NCBI GenBank assembly: GCA_964106915.2
Contig: OZ066927.1
From: Podarcis gaigeae
Lineage: Eukaryota
Direction: 5' to 3' (one strand)
Length of the DNA stretch: 64,000 nucleotides
In this document: one piece after another, positions 22,971 to 36,187 of the stretch
How positions within the stretch are numbered: the first letter of the stretch is position 1
Layout of the letters: each line of letters begins with the position of its first letter
Position numbers and translations under genes: made by a program
The notes under the pieces: model-generated
Told to the model about the DNA's origin: nothing
What the model saw: the letters and a program-made list of their open reading frames with translations, nothing else
The model's database searches: none

Positions 22971-25514
22971 TATTTGGTGATTATAACAAGCTTAATCCCA
23001 TAGGCTTCAATAGGTTTACTCTGAGTATGATTTCAAAGAGCCCCCCCACCACATTCCTTCTGGAATTTTGGCCAAGATGTAGCTGTCTTTAGTTGATGGA
23101 TTTCCCTCCCAGATTTCATTATTTTAGCACTGTTGCCTCCGTGATTGATGCTTTCTTGTCGGAATTTGGTTTCTTTAGTCATGTTATATTGGATTTCTTT
23201 TGAATGCATTGCATTTCATTTTATCACGGGAGCCACTTTGGAATCGTTTCATAAAGGAAAGAGGGATCTAGGCCACTTCATATAAATCAATGTCTGCATA
23301 TCGCTGCCTTTGGGGAGATAATTTACAAATTAATAAAAAGCCATCACTCAGTACTATCAGGTCAGGACTGTTGGGCTTTTTCTTTCTTTCTGGTGGCTTT
23401 GTAATTAGAAGTGTGCCTTTGACATTCAGCCCCCACTAATAAGAGTTTGCCCTTGCCCATTAAAATTGGCCCCTTCTGATTAAACAACTAACACATGAGT
23501 TGATTAATCTGCCCATTAAACTGATTACAGCTTGCAGCCCCACTAATTATATAGCCGAGCAATTAAAAAAACACCAACCCCTTGCAAAGACAGAAGAAAA
23601 TCTAGGGATATCTCCAACTAAGCTCTACTCAGAGTAAACCCACTGAAATTAATGAGAGGGCTTCAGAAACTTCTGCCTTCAAGATCCACCTCTAACCTTC
23701 AGGCGTTTGACCAGCATTTGTTGTGGAAATGGGGGTGGGGGTGGGGGAAGCATTTTCGTGTTTGCAACTTTAGATGAGGTCAAAGATACCTCTTGGGATG
23801 CAACTACATGAAACTCCCTACAAGAGGATTCCCCAACCTGGTGCCCTCCTGATGCTTTGGACTACAACTCCCATCAGCCCCTGCCAGCACAGGCAGAAGG
23901 GATCTGTAGTCCAAAGCTCTTAGACGGGTCTCCATGCCTTCTGCCTTATGTGGGTGGGTGGAGGTTATAGTGTAAAAGTATAAAAAAAATAAGGAGGGCA
24001 CCAGGTTGGCTGGCACCTAGGGGTTTTTGTTGATTAAGAGGCATTTAAATCTTGTGACATCAAGGAATGGTGCCAAAAGTTAGCATCCCTGGGCTGAGTC
24101 ACTTTCCCCCATAACACCTAGGGTTACTCACCTTGCACCCTGACATGACCAAATCCTCCCTTTCCTCACCAGCTGCTGCCAAGGATGTAGCAGAGAAGGG
24201 AAGGGCACAAAGAAATGGAGAATGGGATGTCAGAGCACATGATCAGTGGCCCCAAATGTTATGGGGCAGAGCGGTGCAGGAGTCAACACAGGGGAGGCCC
24301 CCTTGGCTGGGGGCTGCCTCTGGCTGCTGCCTGGTTGGTGTTCAGTATGGTAGGGTCTTCTCAGTGGTGCTTCCCATTTGCAGGACATCCTCTCGAAAGG
24401 CTCGTCTGTCTCCCTCACTACTGGCTTTGAGGAGTAGTGGAAAAGCATTCCTGCTTCCATGGGCACGGCAGCCATGAAATTAAATAAAAAGAACTGAGGG
24501 GATGCGATTGCTTTTAATTTTCCCTACAGATGTTCTAAACATTTTGAGATGGTTTTAAATTGTTATAAAGTATGTTTTATTTTGTTTCTGTTGTAGTGTA
24601 CCCTGTACACCTTTAGGGAGGAAGGCTGGGGGGATAGAAATTTAATAAATCAATAAAAACACAGGCCTGCCATTTTCAGTGGGAACAATTTAACATCCCA
24701 CCCTTTGAAACATCTAAGCCCTATATCCAAAGAGGCCATCGCTCTGTCATGAAGAATGCAATCCTATGCTTACTTACTGGGGAGTAAGCCCCACAGAACG
24801 CAAAGGCACTTACTTTTGCGTAGACACCTCTAGGATTGCACTATATATTTTGCAATTATTTGTAAGAATGTGCTGCATCCCCCTTGCCTGAGCTTTGCCT
24901 TCAGATCACACAGGCTCTCCAAGCCCTGGCTTCTATGTAAAGAAGTAATTTGATTTTTAAAAAAACCAACCACCACCACCAGCCCATAATTATCTCAAGG
25001 AGAGCTAGTGTCAGGTTTGCTCCAAGCCACTTGGTATGCAGGGATGGCCGCGAAAGATCAGCCATGCACGACCCTGTCAGAACAGCCACTTCTACACAAA
25101 CACAACCAATCTGTCAGATTATTGGGGAGAGGAGGGGTTGGGGGTGCTTCAAGGAACAGCGCTGGCCGCTCTCAGGTGTAGCACAAGGAACCAGGCACTC
25201 AAAGTAAAAAGACTGCAGGAGCGAGAGATGCAGGGAGTGCTCGACTTGGGAACAGGAAACGGAAAAGTCAGAAAGAGGAAAGGAAGAGTCCAGCAATAAC
25301 CAAACCAGCTCATGAAAAAAAGAGAGAAATGTAAGAAGTTGCCAGCTCAATACTGTCCACACTGACTAGCAGCAGATCCCCAGAGGATCTTCTCAACCCT
25401 AACTGGAAATATCAGGGTTGTGAACCTAGGACCTCCTGCATATAATGCAGATGTCCTCCACCTCTGAGACATGGCTTTTCTATGTAGGAACACAGGAAGC
25501 TGTCCCATACAGAG

Positions 25515-25761
25515 GAGAGCCAGTGCGGTGTAGTAGTTAAGAGCAGTAGACTCGTAATCTGGTGAACTGGGTTCGCATCTTCGTTCCTCCACATGCAGCT
25601 GCTGGGTGACCTTGGGCCAGTCACACTTCTTTGAAGTCTCTCAGCCTCATTCACCTCACAGAGTGTTTGTTGTGGGGGAGGAAGGGAAAGGAGAATGTTA
25701 GCCGCTTTGAGACTCCTTCGGGTAGTGATAAAGCGGGATATCAAATCCAAACTCTTCTTCT
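25515..25761 (+). mobile_element. tRNA-derived CORE-type SINE (Squam3-like), (CTT)n tail
   Basis: A and B boxes, GGGTGACCTTGGGCCAGTCAC core, ends ctcttcttct. Confidence 0.75.
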
Positions 25762-25899
25762 ACATCTAACTTAGTGGTTGGCAGTGATTTTCAGTTGCGA
25801 GTCACTTAAAGCCCGACCTGGAGAATGAACTTGGGACCTTCTGAATGAACAGCAAGTACTTTGCCACTGAGCTGCAGCTAGATGACTGGAAGTTGACAA

Positions 25900-26545
25900 T
25901 AAGGACATTAGAAGAAGCTGTTGGATCAGGCCAATGGCCCATCAAGCCTAGCATCTTTTTCTCCTGCCACGGCCAGGCAGATGCCTGCGGGAAACCCACT
26001 AGCAGGATTGAAGCACAAGAGCAACATTCGCCCCTGCTGTGGTTGTCAGCAACTGCATACAGAAGCATTCTTGCCTCTGACCAGAGAGGCAGAGCATAGC
26101 CATCCTGGCTTTTAGCCATCAACAGCTTTTTTGTCCAAGAGTTTGTCTAGTCTTCATTTAAAGCCATCTAGTTTGGTGGCCATCACTGCCTCATGTGGCA
26201 GGGAGTTCCATAGTTCAACTATGCGCTGCATTAAGAATTACTTTTTATGTGTCCCGAATCTCCCAACATTCAGCTTCAGTAAGTTCTAGTATTAGGAGAG
26301 AGGGAGAAAAACTTCTTTCTATCTCCAAACCATGCATAATTCTACAAACTTCCATCAAGTTGCCTCTTACTTCCCTTCTCTCTAAACTAAAATGTCCCAT
26401 CGGCTGCAATCTTTCTTCCTCAGGGAGAGGCTCCATCCTCTTCATCATTTCAATTGTCCCTTTCTGAACCTTTCCCAACTCTTCAGTACCCGCTTTAGGG
26501 CGAGGCAACCAGAACTGTACACTAGGATTCCAAGTGTGGTTGTAT
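25900..26545 (-). mobile_element. CR1 LINE 3' fragment
   Basis: ORF 26245-26562: VQFWLP...EERLQPMGHFSLERREVRGNLMEV, typical of the CR1 ORF2 C-terminus, followed by 3' UTR. Confidence 0.85.
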
Positions 26546-28344
26546 GAAGTTGGGGAGCGCACTCCCTTTCCTTTTAGGAGTTTGCAGAAAGTGCCATTAT
26601 CCAGGGATTGGCACAGAAACGCTGGCCGGACACCAGATCCTCTTTGGGATAAGAATTCTCCCCGGCTTTTGGCGCCTGCTCATAAACTATTCAAGCTGCT
26701 GCCTGCCTTTTACCTGCTGAGTGAATTACCACGTCATGAATGATTCAGGCGTACAGTGCAGTTGCTGAGCTAGAGGTTCCGAGGGAGCAAAAAGGACCTT
26801 TTCTCAGCCCCTTCTCCAAGAGAAAGAGAGAGGTGTGGGGGGACGGGACTCCAACTCAGGTCTGGTGGCAGAGATGGAGCCCAGGATAGGAGACCCCGAC
26901 ATACAAGCCAGTGAGAAAAGCCAATAGTGATTTGAACATTCAGAAGTCTAACAGTCTCAGTTGGGTGCCAGTTGCAAAACTCTTAAAAAAAGGAAGGACC
27001 TTTTGTCCCTGTCCTTTCTCCCCCCCCCACCCCACCCCCCAGTGAGCAGAGCACGGCTTAAGGCTCCCATGTAGCCTGAGTTAATGAAACCCCACTTCTG
27101 GTACCGGGGCTGCTCCTGCCTCTCTGCAGGCTTGTGATTTAAGAATGGCATTTTGGCCAGACGGAAACCAGCAGAGTGTTTTCCATAGACTGGCTAAAGG
27201 TTATGTTGTCTATGCCTCCCATGGGCGACTTTCAGGAGACCTTGGCATCACCACGTGGCCTTCTCGAGCTGAACGCACTTAGAGCTAATGCAAGAAAGTG
27301 ATCACAGGCACATCTTTCTCAGAGAACAGGCACGTATCAGGCAAGCTTTTCGGAGCGGGTACAGGGACATCCCATGCCTTGCCTTGGAAAAGAGAGCCAG
27401 CAACTCTGCTCCCCACTTCTGTGGAGTTTTGTGGAGTTGCAGAGAACTATAAATCAATCCAGGCCTAGTTCTTGCAAACAACAGCGGTTGAGGCCACCAA
27501 CCTGCATCTCAGCTGCAGGTGAGAAGTGAATGAATCAAAGCTCATAGGATGCTGCCAGCATCTCTGACTGAATGCCTCCCTCAAAAAGACTCCTTCATTA
27601 GGATGTCAAGGAGAAAACTAGGGTAGACATTTTCTACCCAATATGTACTGGGGATTTATCTTATTTTATTTTTGTATGGAGGACATAGGAGCCAACTCCT
27701 AGGTGACGAGGTCCCTTTGCCCCTCCAATAAAATATCTGAGGGGCCCCCCCCTGTTGATGTGCATTGCCATTCAAATGGTGTGCATGTGCAGTGTCTTGT
27801 TATTGATTATGTGGGGCTGGGCTTACCTGCCCCCCTCCAATATTTTATTCAAGTTCGCACCCCTGTTGGAGGATATTCCCATCATGTGAGCCCCCATCCT
27901 GCAGTCTGCGCACCCACAGGATGACCACCTCACATCCTGCATGTGTGAATCAGTCAACAGAAAGCAGCCCTTAATGCAGGACACCGACATAGTCATGGCT
28001 ATAAGAAAGGGGACATGTTATTGTCCGGGTCAAGAAGGGGCTGTGATAACTGGTCTCATCCACACCCAGCATTCCAAGCACCCTGATGCCCCTTTAAATA
28101 GCCACGGCTTCCCCTAAAGAATCCCGAGAACTCTAGCTTGTTAAAGGGTGCAAGGAGTTGTTAGGAAAATCCTTTGCAGAGGTGCAATTCCCAGCGCCCT
28201 TGACAAACTGCAGTTCCCAGGTGTCTTTGGGGGAAGCGTCGAAGGTGGCACAAGAGTGCTTGAAATGTACGCTGCAGATGCGAAGCGAGTGTCTCTGCTG
28301 GAAGAAGAGAATTGTGGCAGTGAGACGGGAGGGGAGGAACTTAC

Positions 28345-28485
28345 AGCTTTGGGCTTGAAAGGAGGCTGGATCTCTTTCCGTTCAAGTTTGTCCCAATCGA
28401 TGTAGCGGAAAAAGGCGTGCTCCCTGATATCGCGCTCTCCTTCAGGGCCGCACCCCAAACGCTTTGCTGGATGCTTGGTCATGAG
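28345..28485 (-). CDS. PRKCB: PKC-beta last common exon (approx. exon 16), [47 protein letters not shown]
   Basis: Acceptor ctctccaag|CTC (AAG type), donor GCT|gtaagt; 141 bp; PxxP motif of the AGC tail. Confidence 0.97.
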
Positions 28486-28609
28486 CTTGGAGAGACAGAG
28501 ACAGAGGGGGGGGGGGAACACATTTATTTGTTAAATAGCTAACCATTTGAGTTAGGTGGGTGACATTCATTCCACTTCACCTGACACTGCAATGTCTTAA
28601 CTGGATATA

Positions 28610-29100
28610 TAGAACAGTCAGGGATGCCTGCAAAGCTGCAAATGCTGGGATATGGCAAATATTCTGGGCATGTCCCAAAAGCAGAAAATTCTGGGGAGAT
28701 ATAGCAATGGCAATGGAAGAAACAACTGTCTATGCTTTGCCCACAGAGTTTCTAGTTTTCCTATTTGTCTATGTTAAAGAAACTGAATTAATAGAGGACA
28801 GGGAATTAATGCAACATCTCTTAGCTGCTGCCAGAATGATTATTTGTCTGAAATGGGAAAAAATGAAAACATAAACAATGGGAGAATGGATAACAACAAT
28901 TTGGGACATAGGATGCATGGTTAAGTGAGACACAGAGAGGGCAGGCAACAACAGAATGTTTTTATCAAGAAATGGAGTACAGTAGTTTCACAATGTACTG
29001 GAATAATGTAAACCCATTTGTGTTACTTGGACCCTTGTAATATTAATTTATGTTCAATTTTAGTATGGAAATTTGTTCCTCTATGTTGAATTCTAGTCAT
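28610..29100 (+). mobile_element. Decayed L1/Tx1-clade LINE ORF2 C-terminus
   Basis: C...GIWQIFWACPKSRKFW...LLAAARMIICLKW resembles the L1 CCHC region. Confidence 0.6.
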
Positions 29101-30357
29101 CCTTTTCTACTCTTATTTTTTTGTGGTATCTGCTATTATACATTGTGTTTTGTGTTTGTGTGTGTGTAAGTAACTAAGTACGGTAAGTAAACAAAACAAC
29201 AACAATCCTGTTCTGGTTCATGAATGTTTTTAAAGAAGGCACAAGTGATAAAAATGGATGCAAACGACTCCCATTCTACAGCTGAAAGTGGATCAGAGGT
29301 TAGGCAAGATGTGGGGCTGCTTTTACCCAGCACCATGAAGAGGTAAGAAAGGCAGCTTTGTACTTTGAGGGCAATCTCTGCAAACCTGATGCTGTAAAAG
29401 CAATTAAGTGCAAAGACTGGCCACCCAGTTTAGCACGGAGCCATCTCCATTCAGAATCTCTTTTTCATTAACACCAAGAACAGGGAGGGAATTGGCAGCA
29501 TCCGGCTCCGAAGGCTTCAGTTAATGAAACGGCACGTTCCGCGAGAAAGGGACGAGGCATGAATTATTGCTCTTTATCGCTGGGATGTGCCTTCCAAGCA
29601 GCCAAGCAACATCTCTTCCCACCCCCCCCCCACCCCCAACTCTCCAGCGAGCGGGGCAGGAAAAATAAAAAGTGAACCCAGAGACTCGGAAGAAACATTA
29701 ATATCCTGGTGATGGTGGTACACGGCTCTGGCCCCAAGATAAGAGACAGATAGCAAGGGATGCAAAAGGCTAGATAAACCAAGGGGATATGAAAGAGAGT
29801 TCTGGTTTAAAGGCTGAGTGGGTAAAGCAAGCCTCTTTCTGGGTCCAGTGACACTTATAGGAACTTAAGTGCAGTGAAGTGGCTAAAATGACAGAGACAC
29901 TAGCGAGGAGGTCTCCAGTGCAAATCTCACCTCTGCCCAAAGCGCTGTCAGTAATACATAGCCCTTGACAAGTAACACTGGAAATTTTCTACGGCAAGAG
30001 ACTACAGCTGCCTCCCTTGCGCTCCCAATCTGCTGCCCTCCAGATGTTTTGGACTACAACTCCCATCAGCCTCAGCCAACACAGCTGTGCGCCCAACAGC
30101 TTCAAAATTGCTGGTGTGGCCTTGATTGGTTATAAGATTACAAATAAGATGGTAATTTGCTTGAAAAATTTTATGAACAATGTAAGTGCGAGCGGATGAC
30201 GCGAGGAAGTCCAAAGATGTTATGAAATTTTGTAAAGACACAAACAATGCTGTTTTTCATTTTTGTATCTCTTTTATTAAAAAAACCTAATAAAAATTTT
30301 GAAAAAAAAAAAAATTGCTGGTGTGGCCTGATGGGAGTTGTAGTTGAAAACACTGAC

Positions 30358-31195
30358 ACTAGAACAGGTGGACGTCCAATGAAGATGAATGCTGGAAGAT
30401 TCAGGACCGAGAAAAGAAAAGTACTTATTCATGCAGCACGTAGTTAAACTATGGGACTCACTTCCACAGGAGGCAGTGGCAGCTGTTAACTTGGATTGCT
30501 TTTAAAGAGGATTGGACAAATTTATGGATGATTAAGCTATCAATGGCTTCTAGTTACAATGGCTATGCTTCTGTCTCTATCATTGGAGGCAGCAATGCTT
30601 CTGAATTCCAGTTGCTGGAAACCATAGCAGGGAGGGGAAAGTGCTCTTCTGCTTGGGTCCCACTTGTGGTTTTCTGTTGTTGTTATTGTTTAGTCGTTTA
30701 GTTGTGTCTGACTTTTCGTGACTCCATGGAGTCATCCCCTTCTCCTTGGTCCCTCAATCAGTCCTCTGTCATCCCCTTCTCCTTGTGCCCTCAATCTTTC
30801 CCAACATCAGGGTCTTTTCCAGGGAGTCTTCTCTTCTCCTGAGGTGGCCAAAGTATTGGAGTCTCAGCTTCACTATCTGTCCTTCCAGTGAGCACTCAGG
30901 GCTGATTTTCTTAAGAATGGATAGGTTTGATCTTCTTGCAGTCCATGGGACTCTCAAGAATCTCCTCCAGCACCATAATTCAAAAGCATCAATTCTTTGG
31001 CGATCAGCCTTCTTTATGGTCCAGCTCTCACTTCCATACATCACTAATGGGAAAACCATAGCTTTAACTATACGGACCTTTGTTGGCAAGGTGATGTCTC
31101 TGCTAATTGGGGCATTTGGTTGGCCACTGTGAGAACAGGATGTTGGACCAAATGGGCCATTGGCCTGATCTAGCAGTCTCTTCTCATATGGTCTT
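30358..31195 (+). mobile_element. CR1 LINE 3' end interrupted by BovB
   Basis: GRPMKMNAGRFRTEKRK...; 3' UTR resumes at about 31105. Confidence 0.8.
30675..31104 (-). mobile_element. RTE-BovB LINE 3' fragment
   Basis: SRDITLPTKVRIVKAMVFPLVMYGSESWTIKKADRQRIDAFELWCWRR...LEKTLMLGKIEG is the BovB ORF C-terminus; (CAA)n-like tail. Confidence 0.92.
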
Positions 31196-33254
31196 AACAC
31201 CTGGAAGGCTGAACTGCAATCTACATTTCAACAAGGGCAGATGATGCATTGAAGCAGCTGAGTACCAGCACTCAATTGCTCAGGACTATTTTATGCTGTG
31301 TTGCAATAGGGACAGAAATTATATTTTCCAGGCAAATTCTAGCTGCCTTACCATTACTATTATATATATACTAAAGTATGTTTGCAAGGACAGCAAAGCA
31401 CCATTTTATATGCACTGGGGTCTTGAGTTTATGCTGCTTCGTAGAATAAAATATCCTCATTGTGTATAGATTCGTAGCACCGGCACACCTAACTCAGTAT
31501 TGTCAGCACTGGCTGGCAGCAGCCCTCCAGGGTTTCAGGCAGGGGGCATGCCAGGGATTGAAACAGGGATCTTCCATATGCAAAACTGTTGCTGTGGCCC
31601 ATTCTTCAGGTGAAGATGAGGGCTGAGGGCATGAACCGGCAGCCTCATGCCAAACATGGGGACCTGAGGAGGGGTTTGGAGTCAGGTGGCCTCCTGCATG
31701 TGTTTGGGCTTCAGATCCCAGGGCAGCAAGAGGGAATGGGCAGAACCAGGGAGATGATGCATTTGGAGCCCGTGTGCTTGCAATGCATAGAACAGACACT
31801 CCATTTTGAAGGTTCTGGATGCCAGCTCCCTCTTGGTTGAGGAGGATGCCCTAGAGTGCCTCTAGGCTGCTCTGCTTTGTCCCCTACAGCTAACAATTTA
31901 TTCACAGTGCTTTAATTCAGACTCTAGCTCGGAGGCATCATTTGCCCCCTGCAAGATAGAACCCATCCATGCTTCTGCACCACTTTGCACAGCGTCAGAG
32001 AACCAGCCCTGCTTCACCTGACAGCTGGAGCTGCAAGTCTCCAGTGCATCCCTGACTGAGCGGTGCTTGACACAGAATTCAGCATCCTTAGAGTCTTTTG
32101 TTAGAGCTCTTATGGCTCAGGGAAAAAAGCTTGCAAATATGTGGGCAGAGAGTGAGCGAGAGTGGTCAGTGTGTGTGTATTCCATTATTTTATTTAAAAG
32201 CAATTATTTATAGGCTGCAAATGCTCCCATAAGACATTCCTCATTCTCAACCCTAGCTCAGGGATGTTATGTGAGAGACTCTTCATGCAGTACACAGTTA
32301 ACCTACGGAACTCTCTCCCACAGGAGGCAGTGAAAGACACCAACTTGGAGGGCTTTAAAAGAGGATTAGGCAAATTCATTGAGGAGGGGGCTGTCAATGG
32401 GTACTAGCCATGATGGCTACAATCTCCCTCCATAGTTGAAGGTAACAGTCCTTGTGGCTTTCTCACTTTATGGGCCCTTGGCCTGATCCAGCAGGCTCTT
32501 TTTATGTCCTTACTCCTTGCCTGAACTCTGGAGAGACACTGCCCATCAGGGTAGACAAACGTGAGTTGGGTGGACCAATGGACTGAGGCAGCATAAGTCA
32601 GTTTCTTATGACGTTTCATGTGACATTAAACACTGCTACAGATCAAAACGGCAAAGCACAAAAGCATGGCATCAGTCTTCATTAAGACAGCAGCCAGCCA
32701 AATGTAGTGGCAATATGAGGCCAGCACCACACCACTCTGAACTGTGTATAGCTCTGAATTTGTGTCTATGAGAAGTAGGATACATTGCACACAACTGACA
32801 AGTAGATACAAACCAAATTAACTTGCACAATTCACAGCCAGGCCCAGGAGCTATTGGAAGTATCTGCTGCTAATTCAGTTATTCCTAGGCTAACGTAGGA
32901 GTGCAGCCTTGTGCTGATTTTGACACTTGTTGCAGAATGAGGCAGTAAGAATATAAGGTTTCCCCTGCTGGATCAGGCCAAAGGGGCCCCATCTTAGGCC
33001 AGCCATCTTGTTCTCACAGTGGCAACCAGGTGGGAAGAGGCCCTCAAGCAAACTGGCAGAGTCTTGAGACAGTAGAATGGACTGGAGTACCTGAGGAGAG
33101 ATTGTGGGATCACTGTTTTGATGCTCCCCTATACTTTCTAAAAATATAATTTCAAGTAGAAACCTAGCATAGCCACGAGAAGCTGTACAGGAACCTCTCT
33201 CGCTAGCCCCCTTTCCTTCACATGGATGATCCTGCTGGGAGTCCCCATTCCACT

Positions 33255-34130
33255 CTTAACTGTCAGAAATTTCTTCCCATGTTTAATAGAAATCTCCTTT
33301 CTTGTCATTTGAATCCATTGTTTCTGGACTGGTCCTCCCCTCTGGAGCAGCAGAAAACGAACTTCCATCACGTTTTATGTGGCAGCCTTTCAGATATTTG
33401 AAGATGGCTATCATATCAACTCTCAGTCTCCTCTTTTCCAGGCTAAACATACGCAGCTCCCTCAGCTGTTCCTCAAAAGGCTTAGTTTCCAGATAGTCTT
33501 GGTCCCTCCTCAGCACAGCTCCCAACTTGTCAACATCCTTCTCAAATGTTGGTGCCCAGAAGTGGACACAGTCCTCCAGGTGGGGTCTTACCAAGGCAGA
33601 ATAGAGTGGCACTACTACTTCTCTTGATCCAGACACTAGACTTCTTTTTGATGCAACCTAGAATTGTATGAGGGATGCGGGTGGGGCTGTGGGTTAAACC
33701 ACAGAGCCTAGGACTTGCTGATCAGAAGGGCGGCGGTTTGAATCCCCGCGATGGGGTGAGCTCCCTTTGCTCGGTCCCTGCTCCTGCCAACCTAGCAATT
33801 CGAAAGCACGCCAAAATGCAGGTAGATAAATAGGTACCACTCCGGTGGGAAGGTAAACGGCATTTCTGTGCACTGCTCTGGTTCACCAGAAGTGGCTTAG
33901 TCATGCTGGCCACATGACCCGGAAGCTGTATGCCAGCTCCCTCTGCCAATAAAGCGAGATGAGCACTGCAACCCTAGAGTCGTCCACGACTGGACCTAAT
34001 GGTCAAGGGGGTCCCTTTACCTTTACCTTTAGAATTGCATGAACTCCACCCCCACCCCCGCTACTGCACCACACTGTTGACTCATACTTGTGGTCCGCTA
34101 AGACCCCTCGATCCTTTTCACATGTCACTG
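33255..34130 (-). mobile_element. CR1 LINE fragment, interrupted by a Sauria SINE
   Basis: SREVVVPLYSALVRPHLE...FSLEKRRLRVDMIAIFKYLKGCH. Confidence 0.88.
33672..34029 (+). mobile_element. Sauria SINE, full length, inserted in a CR1 fragment
   Basis: GGGATGCGGGTGG head, ACCTTT tail, TSD tagaattgtatga / tagaattgcatga. Confidence 0.93.
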
Positions 34131-35322
34131 CAAGCAACTCTCCCTTCCTCTTCTTCCCTCTTCCTGCCCCAAAGGAAGGTCAGAACTTTTGCACCTCCTG
34201 TCTCCCCTACCTAAGTAGGGCTGTGCAATCCATCACAGGAGATGAGTAGAAATAAGAAGCTGGGGAAAGTCACGTTTGCCGCGGCTGCTCCAAGAGGGAA
34301 TGAAGAAAAGAGTGTTTGTGTTCGCATCCAAATGTATTTGCCGACATTTCTGAGAAGCTGAAATTAAAACATCGTGGGGTGGGGCTGTGATCAGCAGCTT
34401 TAGAATATCGCAGATGGTCCACAGTAGCCTTGCCAGAATTAGGAAGCCGTTTCCAGCTAGTTTTGACGTAGTTTTAGAAAGGCAGGCTGTACTTTGGTTC
34501 AAAGGTTGGTGCCACCCAAAGGTCAGAGGCAGCCTGCAGCCTCTCCTTGCCCGCTGAGATCTCCATCCCACAGCCTGCCTGATAACCGGACATCATTCCC
34601 TTTTCCTGGGCATTGTATATATTGCAGAACACATTGAGGAAGCCAGCAATTTCATGCCTCCTGCGTGGAGAGGGGCATGCTATGTGCCAGCAATCTGTGC
34701 ACCTGGAAACAGCACATTGTTCAAAGCTCATTCTAAAATCCTCACATCAAGATGAAAGGAAGTGTTTCTATTTATGCGACGCCACCAGCTTTGCTGAAAG
34801 CAGGCTTTGGAGATCTTCACAAAGGCCTCTTCCAGCAAGCTACATCCTCCGCGTGATCATAAATAATGTGGGCTCGCCTTTCTGGGCACATTCCCAATAT
34901 AACTGAAAGGACGTGGGAGCTCCTTCCTCATGGCTTCCAACACCAGGCAGGTAATGCCTGGAGGGAGGAGTCATGGAGGACCCAGTTCGGATGCTTCCCA
35001 ATGCTGCTGGTATTCAATAGCCTTCCATGGAGCTGGATATCTTGCCTTGGAGCACCCCAGCAGCCACACCCATCATTTCTGAGTTTGGGTAAATTTTACT
35101 TGTGATTCCTGCATTGCAAAGAGTTGGACTACACTCATGCACACACACAACACACACACAAATGGTATCTGGATGTGTTTGTAGGTTTTTCATTTTCTTT
35201 GGGTTTTTCATTACTTGGTTTTCATGTTTGTATGTTTTTGTATATTGCTTTGGGTCACAATTCATTTTTTAAAAAAGGGACTGTCAAATGCAGATCATGA
35301 TACAAGACTTGCTGGGCTTCCA

Positions 35323-35542
35323 GAGCCAGTGTGGTGTAGTGGTTAGAGTGTTGGACAAGGACCTGGGGGAGACCAGGGTTCAAATTCCCCGACTTGGCCA
35401 TGAAGCTCAATGGGTGACCTTGGGCCAGTAGCTGCCTCTCAGCCTCATCAGCCTATCCAACCTCACAGGGATTAAATGAGGAGTGGGGGACCATGTACAT
35501 GCCATTTTGAGCTCCTGGGAGAAAAAGGGTGGGAGATAAATG

Positions 35543-35574
<32 letters not shown>
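35323..35574 (+). mobile_element. tRNA-derived CORE-type SINE whose tail has expanded into (AGAC)8
   Basis: A and B boxes and core like the 4263 copy; (AGAC)n at 35543-35574. Confidence 0.75.
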
Positions 35575-35639
35575 CCTTGCAGCACCTAACACATAGGATG
35601 CAAAGGCATCCAGGGATTTCAAGGTAAGCTCCTGCCGCC

Positions 35640-35914
35640 GAGCTCCTGCCGTCGGGACGGAGATACAGGACGATGAAGACAAGAAGGAGCCGTCTTAAGA
35701 ACAGCTTCTTCTCCAGAGCGATCTCGGCCCTGAATGGGAAGCCTGGACTTTGAAAGTCATCTAATCTTCCTTGCTGTATTATACTGTATTGTTTTAATTA
35801 GTGTTTTTATAGTTGTTTTGATTTTGTGTGGAGTGCCCTACCTGGATGGATGGAGCAGCCAAGTAATTTCGTTGTCTCCGAGAGGGGGCAATGGCAATAA
35901 AGATATTATCTATC

Positions 35915-35959
<45 letters not shown>
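35640..35959 (+). mobile_element. Rex1/Babar LINE 3' fragment with (TATC)n tail
   Basis: Frame from 35640 reads ELLPSGRRYRTMKTRRSRLKNSFFSRAISALN; 3' AATTTCGTTG...CAATAAAG then (TATC)n. Confidence 0.8.
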
Positions 35960-36154
35960 AGCACCACCACCACCTTTGATACCACTTTCTTTGACTCAAA
36001 AAATTGTAGAGGGAAATTGTAGAGGGAAGTGGGAGGAAGGAGAAAAGAATAATATGATGGATTGAGGAAATATAAATGTAAATGTTGGGGGTATGGTGAG
36101 GAAATGGTGTTGGCTTTGGTACATTTGTATTGTAATGTAATATGTGAAAAACCA

Positions 36155-36187
36155 ATACATACATACATACATACATACATACATACA
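36155..36187. repeat. (ATAC)n microsatellite
   Basis: Direct reading. Confidence 0.97.

Noticed and set aside
28486-28488. AAG acceptor as an anomaly
   Set aside because: Uncommon but canonical AG with a strong pyrimidine tract and the correct exon size.
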